From a virus (lineage: Duplodnaviria; Caudoviricetes), in IMG/VR virus record IMGVR_UViG_3300021255_000123, positions 21,435 to 85,434 of that record: a DNA stretch of 64,000 bases; one strand, 5' to 3'. Positions 15,861-25,386 of this stretch are shown here, in pieces. How positions within the stretch are numbered: the stretch's first letter is position 1; each line of letters opens with the position of its first letter. The translations under genes were made by a program, and so were the position numbers. The notes beneath the pieces are model-generated. The model was not told the origin of the DNA. It did not search any database and was given only the letters and a program-made list of their open reading frames with translations.

Positions 15861-15900
15861 AACGTTCTTGGTTAGCAGTAAGATAAAATAGATATATACT

Positions 15901-16464
15901 ATGACGATGGATAAAGAAATATGGAAAGATATACATAATTACGAGGGACGGTATCAAGTTAGTAATTATGGGAATGTACGTTCCTTAAATCATAATCAGA
16001 AAGGTGTTGTAAAAGAAATAAAAAAGAGAATTTTACGAGGTTATTATTATGTTAGGTTGCAAAAGAACGGACAAAAAGAAGAGTTTAAGATACACAGATT
16101 AGTATATGCAGCATTTGTAGGAGAATTGCCAGAATGTACATTAAAAGGTGACGGAAATAAAATACTGGTTGTAAACCACAAGGATGAAAATAAACTAAAT
16201 AACCGTGCGGATAATTTGGAACTTTTATCGCATACTCAAAACATAAACTATGGGGAAAATTCAGTTGTAAGGAGTGTGTATCAGTATAGTTTAGACGGTG
16301 TATTGATAAAAACTTGGCGTTCTATGACGGAGGCAGAGTCTGCCGGATTCAGCAAACATGCCATCTGTTTATGCTGTACAGGAAGAATTAAAACACACAA
16401 AGGGTATAAGTGGGTGTATGCTGACAATAAACAAAATCGAAAAGGAAGAAAAAAGACAATATAA
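15901..16464 (+). mobile_element. Free-standing NUMOD4-HNH-NUMOD1 homing endonuclease
   Basis: EIWKDIHNYEGRYQVSNYGNVRS; IHRLV...VNHKDENKLNNRADNLE; C-terminal NUMOD1; AT-rich. Confidence 0.92.
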
Positions 16465-16655
16465 ACCAATAAAACAGACAATTATGAGTAAAATTCTGAA
16501 AATCTCAGCCGGCGTCCGTTATGATGAGGATGCCGGGTCTCTTAACCACCTCAGCACTGGTTGTGCAGGATAAAAAGAGCTTATGGATGGAATGATGAAA
16601 AAATCTCTTCATGTTTTGAACAAAACTTATTGAAAACCATTATAAAACACAAAAT

Positions 16656-16865
16656 ATGAATACATTTCAAGGTGAACGTACAAAACCGTTATCCAAAGGA
16701 AAAGTGAAATATACAAATGATTCCTGCGTCGGAATTGAGTTTGCTCCTATTGACGAAAGTGAAACACACGGCAGGATTCCAATCTTGTCCATCATTATGA
16801 CCGTTTCAGTTGAGGATGCTGTAGAAATCGCGAAAGATATTTTGAAAAGATATGAGCAACAATAG
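16656..16865 (+). CDS. Small hypothetical protein
   Basis: 69-aa ORF with A-rich leader. Confidence 0.65.
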   Translation: MNTFQGERTKPLSKGKVKYTNDSCVGIEFAPIDESETHGRIPILSIIMTVSVEDAVEIAKDILKRYEQQ

Positions 16866-17055
16866 ATTTACGCAAGTTGACCGTATATTTCACGGAGAAG
16901 GGGCCAGCAAGTGTAACTGGTATGAGGTGTACCATAAGTATGGTTATTATTGGGCGAAATTTGAGTTGACATCAGGTAAGAAGTATGCTCAAACGCCAAA
17001 GCAATGTATTAGTATTAAGTGGATTCTTGAAAGTCATTTCAAAAAAATGTTATAG
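16852..17055 (+). CDS. Small hypothetical protein
   Basis: 67-aa ORF overlapping the upstream stop. Confidence 0.6.
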   Translation: MSNNRFTQVDRIFHGEGASKCNWYEVYHKYGYYWAKFELTSGKKYAQTPKQCISIKWILESHFKKML

Positions 17056-17063
17056 TAAACGAC

Positions 17064-17249
17064 ATGACAGATAAAGAAAAAGAAATAGGACGCAATTCCG
17101 TAATATCGGGAAGAACTTACATAAAAACGGATATGGCGTTTCAACGATATAAAGAACGTCGGCGTGACAATGCTCTTATCCTGTTGTTTGACGGTATTGT
17201 CATCCTGATTATTGCAATCGTTTTGGTATTATTTAATTTTTGTCAATAA
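17064..17249 (+). CDS. Small protein with a C-terminal TM helix
   Basis: Hydrophobic LILLFDGIVILIIAIVLVLF. Confidence 0.6.
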   Translation: MTDKEKEIGRNSVISGRTYIKTDMAFQRYKERRRDNALILLFDGIVILIIAIVLVLFNFCQ

Positions 17250-17302
17250 ATCGAAAAAATTGGCAAAAAATTGAAACGTAAAATAGTAAATAACAATAAA
17301 TT

Positions 17303-17641
17303 ATGGAAGACACAATAAAAGTAAAAGTGAACGAGAACGGCCAGTGGACCGAATATTCATTGCCTTATGAGGAGTTCGCGTATATTCAACCCATCCTCGA
17401 ACGCTGCAAGGACAAGCGGGTGGTCAACTTCGACCCCAACGACCCCGAACAGTCTGCGGAACTCATTGGGCGTATCTTTATGCCGTTTGGCACGGCCCAG
17501 CAGAACGGGCGCAAGGGCATTATCTACAACCTCAATGACAAGCCCAAGGATATGACAAAGGAGCAAGTTGAGGACACTTATCAGAAAAAGGGTATTCTTT
17601 ACATCAGGAGCAAGAAAACACAAACACAGGCAATATTGTAA
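17303..17641 (+). CDS. Hypothetical protein
   Basis: 112-aa ORF with core codon bias. Confidence 0.75.
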   Translation: MEDTIKVKVNENGQWTEYSLPYEEFAYIQPILERCKDKRVVNFDPNDPEQSAELIGRIFMPFGTAQQNGRKGIIYNLNDKPKDMTKEQVEDTYQKKGILYIRSKKTQTQAIL

Positions 17642-17660
17642 ACGTTTTAGGATTAGTATA

Positions 17661-17703
17661 AAAAGCGGAGGCTCGGCGTTAAGTTGTCGAGCCTCTTGCT
17701 TTT
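17661..17703. terminator. Bidirectional terminator between convergent operons
   Basis: AAAAGCGGAGGCTCGGC...GTCGAGCCTCTTGCTTTT hairpin with A and T tails. Confidence 0.8.
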
Positions 17704-17765
17704 CAAGAGTCGCCGTCCGACGGCTCCCTAACTACACGACCAACATGGGCCGTAAGATGGAATAT

Positions 17766-18353
17766 TCACTCGCGGGGCGTAAATGCCGGGTTATCCAGCG
17801 AGACCTCTCCTGTGATAGCATCCACGAATACACAGTCGTCGAAGGCGCCTCCAAAGATATACTGCGGGTTACATTCATACGGCCCGACCATTTTCCGGAG
17901 TACGCAGTCCTTCGTGTGCGGTTTGATGCAGTTCGCTTTCATCAGGTTCTTGTAGGCTTGACGGTAAGTAATAGTAATGTAGTCTTTAGCCATGTCGCAA
18001 TCTTCCATCCAAGCGTCATCGACTACTTTAATTGTAAACGTACTATCAGTGTGCTTAAACATATACACATGAGGTGAGTACGCTGTGTCGCCGCCGTCAA
18101 CGATTTGGAACACGTTGAGAACACTGGCAACTGTGCCGGTGCAGTTATCGTCATCGAGCCACTCGTTGAGGACAATCTGTGTCTCGTAATAGACGTAGCC
18201 GCAGCCGTAGTGGTCGCACATGTACTGGCGGTCAGATTGGACCACCTGCTCGACCATAGTTTCCATCTGCTTGACCTCCTTATTGCACGATGTGCAAGAC
18301 GACGCCCCAAGCAGGAGGGCAAACGCCATCAGGAACGCTAAAAACTTTTTCAT
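17766..18353 (-). CDS. Lipoprotein (lipobox LLGASSC) with a PepSY-like C-terminus
   Basis: Signal peptide II; C-terminal NPQYIFG...VFVDAITGEV. Confidence 0.75.
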   Translation of the reverse strand: MKKFLAFLMAFALLLGASSCTSCNKEVKQMETMVEQVVQSDRQYMCDHYGCGYVYYETQIVLNEWLDDDNCTGTVASVLNVFQIVDGGDTAYSPHVYMFKHTDSTFTIKVVDDAWMEDCDMAKDYITITYRQAYKNLMKANCIKPHTKDCVLRKMVGPYECNPQYIFGGAFDDCVFVDAITGEVSLDNPAFTPRE

Positions 18354-18396
18354 TTGTGTGAAGTTTTTGTTAATAAAAAGGTAAATTAAACGGTTA

Positions 18397-18702
18397 TTAC
18401 TTTAATATCCAAAGGTTTAACAATTCTTTGATTTTGTGGGTGTGATTGCTTCCAATCAACCGGCCCTGTTCGATACCGTTCTCGTAGAACACCAGTACCG
18501 GGTAGGCGTCGATGTTCCTTGCGTTGGAGAGTTCCCGACTTTCTGTGAAATGGAAACCAAGAAGCGGGTAGTTTTTCTCCACGCTTTCGACGCAGGTTCG
18601 GACGATTGAGCAATGCAAACAGTCTTCCTTACCGAACATGACAACGGAGCGGGCCTGATTTGCGGCCTCTCGCAGCTCCTCTCGCGTTTTTATCTCTTTC
18701 AT
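18397..18702 (-). CDS. Thioredoxin-fold protein (CLHC)
   Basis: CxxC after VVMFG; AYP cis-Pro motif followed by VLVFYENG. Confidence 0.85.
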   Translation of the reverse strand: MKEIKTREELREAANQARSVVMFGKEDCLHCSIVRTCVESVEKNYPLLGFHFTESRELSNARNIDAYPVLVFYENGIEQGRLIGSNHTHKIKELLNLWILK

Positions 18703-18708
18703 GGTAGA

Positions 18709-20289
18709 TTATTCGTATTTGTTGTTTTTATTCGATTTGGAGGCGTATTTTGCATTGATGGCGCCCGTCTTCTCCAGTTTGTCGAGTTCCTTCTGGGCCA
18801 ACTCTTCCTGCTCACGCTGGATGCGCTCGACCTCATCCGGGCGACTGATGGTGTTGGCCTCGACAGCGGTCTTCTGGGACAGGATGCCGCTGGTCTTCAT
18901 GGTAGAGAGCATCTGGTTGTACTCGGCCTCGGAGAACGGCTGCCAGATGTCGAAGCTGGCGTTGATTCTCATCTTGTCAAACTCAGTGATGGCGTCTGGC
19001 TTGTAGAACGGGTCGCTGGGGTCTTTGTTCACCAGCTCGACTGCGAGGCCGCGCTTGAACAGGCGAACCATCTTGTCGGCGACGTTCTGCCACTCGACAA
19101 TGCCGTTTTTTGCAGTCTGAATATCCAGACTCTGAGTCATTTGGACTGCCACACCTGATGTATCACTTGAAGTGTGGATGTCTTTCGGCAGGATGAAGGT
19201 CGTGCCACAGGCAATCTGGATTTGGGAGAAAATTTGGTCCAGAGTGTTGATGGAGTTCTGCGGCGAGGGCGGGTCGAGGAACTTGGCGTCGCCCTTACCC
19301 TCGTAGCTGGTGTCGTTTAGGACGATATTGCCGGCGAGTTTCTTTGCTTTTTGGTCGATACGGCCCTTGACGTATAGGAGGCCCCAGCCAAACTTGTTTT
19401 GGAGTACCTTGAAGATATTGTCGAGTCTTTCGTAGCTCTCGATGAGGGTCTGGCCGTTGTCCCAAGCGACCTTGGTGCGCTTGGTGATGAGGGGAATCTC
19501 GCCGAACGGGTGTGGGATGACCTGCAACTCGTAGTCGCCGTTGTCGGACACATACCGGATGCGGTACATATTGTAATCGTCCCAGCAGTCGATTAGTTCC
19601 TCGCCGTCGGACGATGTGTAGTACACCACCTCCAGCATACGGTCTCCATTCATGTCGTTGTGGGAGCAGATGACATAGCCGTCCTCGTAGCTGATGAGCC
19701 TCGACTTGATTTCGCCGTGGCGGTCGATGTAGTACAACAGGCCGGCGTCGCCGAATGACTTGGCGGTGGCCACCATTTTGACTTTCATGCCGTCCTGATT
19801 GCGGAGGTCCCAGAAGTGCTTGAATGTAACAAAGTCCTCTTGAACACTCTCTGCCGGTTTCTTGTCGGATAAGGTAAATTTCATTGGCAGACAGGCCATG
19901 TGGAGAGTCTGTTTCTCCATAATGCACTGCTGGAACGGCTGTGCGGCCTTGACGAACTTGATTTCTACCACACCACCGTTCTCTGTGCGGACGCAGATGC
20001 TCGGAATGTTCTCGTCGAACAGGACATCGTGCATGTTGGGGTCAAGTTCGGCCATGTACCTGTCTTGGCTGATGACCTCTTTCTTGATGCACGACTGTCT
20101 GGCGGCGATTTTCGAGCCGAGGTGGACCGGCTTCTGGTTCTTGTAGTTTTGCTGGATTTTGCCTCCACGGGTAAACGGCTTGCGCCTGAGGAGTTTCTCA
20201 CGGTCGGTGAGTAACGCCTTTACATCGTCGGCTGTCTTTGCAAGCAGCTCGTCGATTTGCTCCTGAGTTGTTTTATTGCTGGTTTCCAT
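18709..20289 (-). CDS. Portal protein (SPP1 gp6-like)
   Basis: 526 aa, next to TerL; FGEIPL, acidic/coiled C-terminus, MSQKTA-like wing motif (LSQKTA). Confidence 0.85.
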   Translation of the reverse strand: METSNKTTQEQIDELLAKTADDVKALLTDREKLLRRKPFTRGGKIQQNYKNQKPVHLGSKIAARQSCIKKEVISQDRYMAELDPNMHDVLFDENIPSICVRTENGGVVEIKFVKAAQPFQQCIMEKQTLHMACLPMKFTLSDKKPAESVQEDFVTFKHFWDLRNQDGMKVKMVATAKSFGDAGLLYYIDRHGEIKSRLISYEDGYVICSHNDMNGDRMLEVVYYTSSDGEELIDCWDDYNMYRIRYVSDNGDYELQVIPHPFGEIPLITKRTKVAWDNGQTLIESYERLDNIFKVLQNKFGWGLLYVKGRIDQKAKKLAGNIVLNDTSYEGKGDAKFLDPPSPQNSINTLDQIFSQIQIACGTTFILPKDIHTSSDTSGVAVQMTQSLDIQTAKNGIVEWQNVADKMVRLFKRGLAVELVNKDPSDPFYKPDAITEFDKMRINASFDIWQPFSEAEYNQMLSTMKTSGILSQKTAVEANTISRPDEVERIQREQEELAQKELDKLEKTGAINAKYASKSNKNNKYE

Positions 20290-20291
20290 CG

Positions 20292-20819
20292 TTATTGGGG
20301 TTTTTCGATTAAGTTAAACTTTTCCATTGCGGCTTCCTTGTCGAGCTGGTAGCACTCATGTCTGGTGTGGGGGCAGATGAAATCGAATTTCTTTTCGACG
20401 ATAATCATCCTGTTTCGCTTCGACGCCTCAACCTTGAACTTGTCGTTCAACTTGGTTCGGATGTCAACGATTCTGGCATAACCGTCTTTCTTTTCGATAA
20501 CGCCCTTCTCCATATCGCGCTCGATGTCGGCAATCATCTTCGTAAGAGCCGATTTGTTTTCCTCGAAGGTGATGCTTCCGTCATCCTCATCGGTGCTTAT
20601 GGCCCGGATGTAACCCTCTTCTGTCATATATTCTTCCAGCTTACTCCTCAACTCGTCGTTGATATAGTCGCTGTACCCTTCCTGCGTGCCGAACAAGCAC
20701 TGGTAGGCAGTCTTCGTGTCGGAGAACATCTTTGAAAGCAGGATGTATGCTATGTCTCTGACACGGATGCCGTCAGTCTTAAAACGCTCAACTGTGTTTT
20801 TTATTTGTTCATTGTCCAT
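20292..20819 (-). CDS. Helical packaging-operon protein, candidate terminase small subunit
   Basis: 175 aa, helical, between TerL and portal; function inferred from position only. Confidence 0.5.
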   Translation of the reverse strand: MDNEQIKNTVERFKTDGIRVRDIAYILLSKMFSDTKTAYQCLFGTQEGYSDYINDELRSKLEEYMTEEGYIRAISTDEDDGSITFEENKSALTKMIADIERDMEKGVIEKKDGYARIVDIRTKLNDKFKVEASKRNRMIIVEKKFDFICPHTRHECYQLDKEAAMEKFNLIEKPQ

Positions 20820-23511
20820 AACTTATACCAAATTGAGTATCATCATATATATCTACCCTGTTTCCTCTATCTATATCGTCCTGATAGTCTTCCATATCTT
20901 TGCGGCTGTTCTCCAGCTCGTAGCCGTCCGGGATGTCGAGCAGGGGGTACATACGCATTGAGCACGGGTCCATCAGGTCCATCGAGCGGCCTCGACCGAG
21001 GAGCTTGTTCATTTCCTTTTTGGTCATCAGGCGCTTCTTTCCTGATTGAGCATCGACGTAGCGGATGACGCGGGCTTCCTCGATAAATTCCTCCCGGACT
21101 GTGATGTCGGACTTGCGCTTCTCTGCCACGTTGGTGTATAGCTTTCTCGCCACCTCTTCCGAGCATGAGATATATCCGTTCTTTATCAGGTATATCAGTT
21201 TCCCGAAACAACAGTCTTTCAGCTTCACATATTGCAGGGCATTGACTCCCATCGGGGCTTTGTAGCTCTCGTATGGTATGGCCTCCGGGATGTAGTCGTT
21301 GATGTATCTGCCACGGATGCCGTCGAATATAATGTGAGAATAACCGATGTTGTGTTTGTTGGCAAAAGCCTTCATTCTGTTGGCGTTGTCAACAGGCTTA
21401 GTGAACGGAGCTATGTCGATGTCGAAGATATGAAGGCCGTCCCAAGCCAGCTGGAGGAAGTTGTTGGTGCCAAAGTCTGCGAGGTCAGCCGTAATCCACT
21501 TGTCGCCGTTTCTCTGCGGGTCGTTCAGGAATACGCTTGAAGCTTCCTCATAAGTAACCAGATTGTCCTCTTCGTCTTTGGAAGATACATTCCAGTTGCC
21601 CTCCAGCATTTTGGCCGCCTCTGCGCCGCCGGACATGGCGATGGCGCCGATGTAGTCCGGGTTGTTTTCGAGCATATCAAGATTCTCGCTCATTCTGCCG
21701 AGGTAGAATACAAACGAGCGTATCATGTGCGGCCACTTGTCGCGGCCCTTCATAAATCCAAATATGCCGTCCAGCTGTTTGTCGATTGCGTACTTGCATT
21801 GCTCATAGACCTCTTCCTTGCTGTCGCCCCAGACAACCTCATCAACCGTTTTTCCGACGACATAGAAGTATCTGACAACGCCGTCGCGTTCAGGAATGAT
21901 AAGGCCGTCCTCGCCGATGTACCAGTCGATGAACTTGCGAATCCAGCTTTCCCTCTCAGGGTTGGTGGTCGCGAGGCATTTGCCCGGAAATTTTGACTTA
22001 CCACGGTTACGGGTAAGCAGAGTCTTGAAGGCGTCCCAAGTGAACCCTGTCAGCTCGTCGAAATATATCCAGTCGTACTGACTGCTCTTGAAACGACGCA
22101 GGATGGCCTCGACGCTCTGGTCTGCAAGATGAGCAAAGTCTATCCATGAGCCATACGGGGAAGTGAGTCGTGGCATTTCCGACATACGGAGGCTGGTCCA
22201 CTCGCCGTACAATTCTTTGTTGAATGTGTCGATGACACCACCACCACGCTTCAAGTCGTCGATGTTGTTCTTGACGACAAGACCTCGCCAGTTCGGGTCG
22301 AGGATAGGTTCGGCTGTGGCGAGAGCGGCGCCGAATGTGTTGTGAGTTACAGTAAAATCGTTTGTAATGTAAAGTCTGTTAGGATTAGAAACGGTAATAC
22401 AACGCATTTCCGTTGGAGGTAATTTTCTGTACGATATTACACCAAGTTCATCATCACTACCTCCACCGCGATATTTTACTGTTTTTATCCTGTCTCTTTT
22501 TCTTGTTAAATTAAATAACTTGGTGGCGTTTTTTATATTGACAGAAACCCTATAACAGTCCCTACATTCAATAGTTTCGCCATTTTTGGTATATCTACTC
22601 TTTTTTACATGAACAGAAGCCCAACCGCCCAATGAGCGAATAATCCAAACAACATCATCACAAAGTTGCTTGCTGGTTGTATAATACTCTATATTACCTT
22701 TTTCGTCAACTGTACCATCAGTATCGAATAGACCCTGTATAAGTTCATATCTGTCTTCTATGCGAGAAGTTTTATAACATTCTGGAATAAACTTATCATA
22801 AGAATGTTTACCCCACAGTCCTTTTTGTTTGAGTTCTTTTACAACTTCTTTGTCGTAAATATAGTATGTTTTTGGACTAGATGGAATATTGTGAATGTCG
22901 TACCCAATGGATTTGATTTTATCGACTATCTCTTTATCAACCGTTGTAAGTTGAGGCGAATATAACCTTTCAGACAAACATCCATCACCAAGAAGGCATC
23001 CTAATAAATATGGGTGGATGGTTATGCCTTGATTTCGACATCCTTTGGTAAACTCAATAGGTTCACATAGAGGTATAAATAGTTTGTTGTTGTATTTTGA
23101 ATCAAGAATGGATATTACCTTTTCCGTAGTCATAATTTCCCACAGATTTTCTCTATCCATACCTTTTTTATACCATTTCGGTCTCTTTCCAACTCTTCTC
23201 GCTTTCCAAAGATGGTCTAATGCACATTCAATTTTTCTACCATCAGAGAAGGTAAATTCGTAATTTTCCAAGACACCTCTCTCGAAAATTTGAATAACAG
23301 TTTCGTACCCTCCATCCGTACTTGATATTTTATCACCAACTTTAAGGTCTCCCATTTTTCGGAAACCAAAAGGAGTACAAATGGCAGAATATAAAGGCTG
23401 TGCCTTACCGCCTCCAAGCATACCGCCGGAGAAGCAGACATTGACGTTTGTCCGGGCGAAAGCTCGCTGGAAACCCTCGTGTGGACGAATGATTATTTGC
23501 TCTTCTGCCAC
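20809..23511 (-). CDS. terL: Terminase large subunit, intein-containing (probable GTG start VAEEQII)
   Basis: Walker A GGMLGGGK|T split by the intein; Walker B IYFDELT; RNase H-like nuclease TADLADFG and SMDLMD. The track start at 23613 lies upstream of the promoter. Confidence 0.92.
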   Translation of the reverse strand: MAEEQIIIRPHEGFQRAFARTNVNVCFSGGMLGGGKAQPLYSAICTPFGFRKMGDLKVGDKISSTDGGYETVIQIFERGVLENYEFTFSDGRKIECALDHLWKARRVGKRPKWYKKGMDRENLWEIMTTEKVISILDSKYNNKLFIPLCEPIEFTKGCRNQGITIHPYLLGCLLGDGCLSERLYSPQLTTVDKEIVDKIKSIGYDIHNIPSSPKTYYIYDKEVVKELKQKGLWGKHSYDKFIPECYKTSRIEDRYELIQGLFDTDGTVDEKGNIEYYTTSKQLCDDVVWIIRSLGGWASVHVKKSRYTKNGETIECRDCYRVSVNIKNATKLFNLTRKRDRIKTVKYRGGGSDDELGVISYRKLPPTEMRCITVSNPNRLYITNDFTVTHNTFGAALATAEPILDPNWRGLVVKNNIDDLKRGGGVIDTFNKELYGEWTSLRMSEMPRLTSPYGSWIDFAHLADQSVEAILRRFKSSQYDWIYFDELTGFTWDAFKTLLTRNRGKSKFPGKCLATTNPERESWIRKFIDWYIGEDGLIIPERDGVVRYFYVVGKTVDEVVWGDSKEEVYEQCKYAIDKQLDGIFGFMKGRDKWPHMIRSFVFYLGRMSENLDMLENNPDYIGAIAMSGGAEAAKMLEGNWNVSSKDEEDNLVTYEEASSVFLNDPQRNGDKWITADLADFGTNNFLQLAWDGLHIFDIDIAPFTKPVDNANRMKAFANKHNIGYSHIIFDGIRGRYINDYIPEAIPYESYKAPMGVNALQYVKLKDCCFGKLIYLIKNGYISCSEEVARKLYTNVAEKRKSDITVREEFIEEARVIRYVDAQSGKKRLMTKKEMNKLLGRGRSMDLMDPCSMRMYPLLDIPDGYELENSRKDMEDYQDDIDRGNRVDIYDDTQFGISYGQ
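22339..23403 (-). mobile_element. 355-aa class 3 intein with LAGLIDADG homing endonuclease, inserted in the TerL P-loop
   Basis: Starts with Ala (GGGK|AQPL) and ends VTHN|T. WCT triad: ALDHLW, MRCITV, VTHN. LAGLIDADG motifs YLLGCLLGDG and LIQGLFDTDG. AT-rich relative to exteins. Confidence 0.92.
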
Positions 23512-23537
23512 CTTAATTTCTATAATTAAATCCGGTG

Positions 23538-23570
23538 CAAAAGTACGAACATTTTTCAAAATGACAAAAA
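23538..23570 (-). promoter_or_regulatory. Promoter of the packaging operon
   Basis: TACTTTTG on minus (23538-23545) with upstream TTTG elements. Confidence 0.75.
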
Positions 23571-23707
23571 TTTTCTTCAAGCACAACTTTAAATATGGCG
23601 TTTTATTGCCCACAAAACCAACAAAATATAAAAATCATCATAAATTTAATCGCGTTTTAGTCAACGAGTTAAAGTGTTACTTTAAGTAATTGTTGAAAAA
23701 TATTTGG

Positions 23708-23735
23708 TTTGTATAGAAAAAAGTTATTATTTTTG
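23708..23735 (+). promoter_or_regulatory. Promoter of the head-tail operon
   Basis: TTTG at 23708-23711 and TATTTTTG at 23728-23735. Confidence 0.8.
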
Positions 23736-23773
23736 CACCCGAAATACGTTCAAAAACTTAAAATTAAATTCAC

Positions 23774-24475
23774 ATGAAATTCACCAAACAGCAGGCTATT
23801 GAAGCACTCAAAGCCAAAGTCCCGGCCAAGGACAAAGAACTTGACTTGGAGAGGACGATTACCGAGGCAGTAGACAACTGCTTGGCATTCGTCGGGGAAG
23901 AAAGTGAAATGGAGTTGAATGATTTCGTTGAAAAAGCTTGGAAGTCAGTGAAGTCCTCTATTGGCTTAGCTCACAACGAAAACTCCAAAGTCGCACAGAA
24001 GCTCAAAGACCAAATTGCAGAACTGCAACGTAAACTCGACGGCAAGGAGCCTCCTAAGACTGACGACGACGACAAATCCATCAAGACAGACGACCCCACA
24101 TTGAAAGCAATGCAGGATGAGATTGCCGAGATGAAAAAGAAGTTGGCCGCCAAGGATGCCGAGGAAGCCGTCACCGAGAAGCGTAAGCAGCTTGTCGCAA
24201 AGATGGGCGAAAGCATTAAGGACAAGGATTGGATTGAGGCTTACCTCTCCGAGATTAGCATTACCGCTGAAACCGATGTCGAGGCCAAGGCCAAAGACTA
24301 TGTGGCTTTCTACAACAAGACCCACGCGAAAGGCGGCAAAGTTACTCCACAATCCACTGGAAACGATGATGACGACAACTCCAATGTGAAGTCAACCGTG
24401 GCCGCCGCCGCCGCTCTCAAAAAGAACATGTCAGGTCGCAGAGGCCCGGTGGAATCAACCACAGAAAACAAGTAA
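23774..24475 (+). CDS. Capsid scaffolding protein
   Basis: 233 aa, charged coiled coil, first gene upstream of the capsid genes. Confidence 0.7.
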   Translation: MKFTKQQAIEALKAKVPAKDKELDLERTITEAVDNCLAFVGEESEMELNDFVEKAWKSVKSSIGLAHNENSKVAQKLKDQIAELQRKLDGKEPPKTDDDDKSIKTDDPTLKAMQDEIAEMKKKLAAKDAEEAVTEKRKQLVAKMGESIKDKDWIEAYLSEISITAETDVEAKAKDYVAFYNKTHAKGGKVTPQSTGNDDDDNSNVKSTVAAAAALKKNMSGRRGPVESTTENK

Positions 24476-24497
24476 AACAACTTAAATTCAATTAACA

Positions 24498-25364
24498 ATG
24501 GCAGAAATCACTCCTAACGGACATTTTCGTGGCCTCGGTCTCATCCAGAAAAAGGGTGACATCGGAGGTGCCCGTAATGTCTTCGTCAATCTGGTGGGAA
24601 ACCATGACGATTTGGTTTATCCGCAGTTCGGTGGTAAGGTGATGAATCCTCCCAAGGGCCGCACCAAGATGTTTGCCGGCGACCTTCTGGAGTATCGTCC
24701 CAAAGTTGGCAGCGACAAGCTCGACCCGGAGATTTACATTCTCCGTACCTTTGAGGTTGCTGATGCTGTCAGTGCAGCCACCACGGTTTACATCAAGCGT
24801 GACGAGTTCCGTCACAAACCCTTCGTAGGCGATGTCCTGATGGTTGCCCCCGCCGTCATTGGTGGAACCGGCACAGCCGTCACCGTGACCGCCGTCACCG
24901 CAACCACTGCCACTATCAGTGGTGTCGCCACCCCTGTTTGGCAGCTTACTATCAGCACGTCTCTGACCATCGCCAAGGGCGCCATCATGGTCGAGGCTGA
25001 GGAGGCTGGTTCGGACAAGAAAATGCTTGTCAAGGCTATCAACGGTGTGTTCGACTGCGACGCCGATTTCTTCGAGAACGAGAACATCGACGACATCGAA
25101 GTCACCCGCGACGGTGAGACCGGTGCTATCACCGCTGTCACCGATGCCGACTTCTACAAGGCCCGCTACCAGTACACCCCGGCTCTCGGTGGTCTGATGT
25201 GGATTCACAGGATGTCGCCGATACCTCAGTGCGTCCTCGACCTCAACATGTGCAACATTCCCGGAATGTATCACGTCAACTGGCAGCTCAACGGCAAGAA
25301 GGCTGCTTCTATGGATGCAGCTATCAAAGCCCTTGACACCCGTGTAACCACTCTCGAAGGCTAA
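24498..25364 (+). CDS. Capsid decoration or head fibre protein
   Basis: 288 aa between scaffold and MCP; A/T/V-rich beta insert; C-terminal heptad AIKALDTRVTTLEG. Confidence 0.6.
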   Translation: MAEITPNGHFRGLGLIQKKGDIGGARNVFVNLVGNHDDLVYPQFGGKVMNPPKGRTKMFAGDLLEYRPKVGSDKLDPEIYILRTFEVADAVSAATTVYIKRDEFRHKPFVGDVLMVAPAVIGGTGTAVTVTAVTATTATISGVATPVWQLTISTSLTIAKGAIMVEAEEAGSDKKMLVKAINGVFDCDADFFENENIDDIEVTRDGETGAITAVTDADFYKARYQYTPALGGLMWIHRMSPIPQCVLDLNMCNIPGMYHVNWQLNGKKAASMDAAIKALDTRVTTLEG

Positions 25365-25386
25365 TTAAAAAAGAAAGGAGATTACC

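Noticed and set aside
23512-23613. N-terminal extension of TerL given by the ORF track (similarly 62293..62463 and 53933..53953)
   Set aside because: These overlap or precede the TAnnTTTG promoters, so downstream starts are more plausible.
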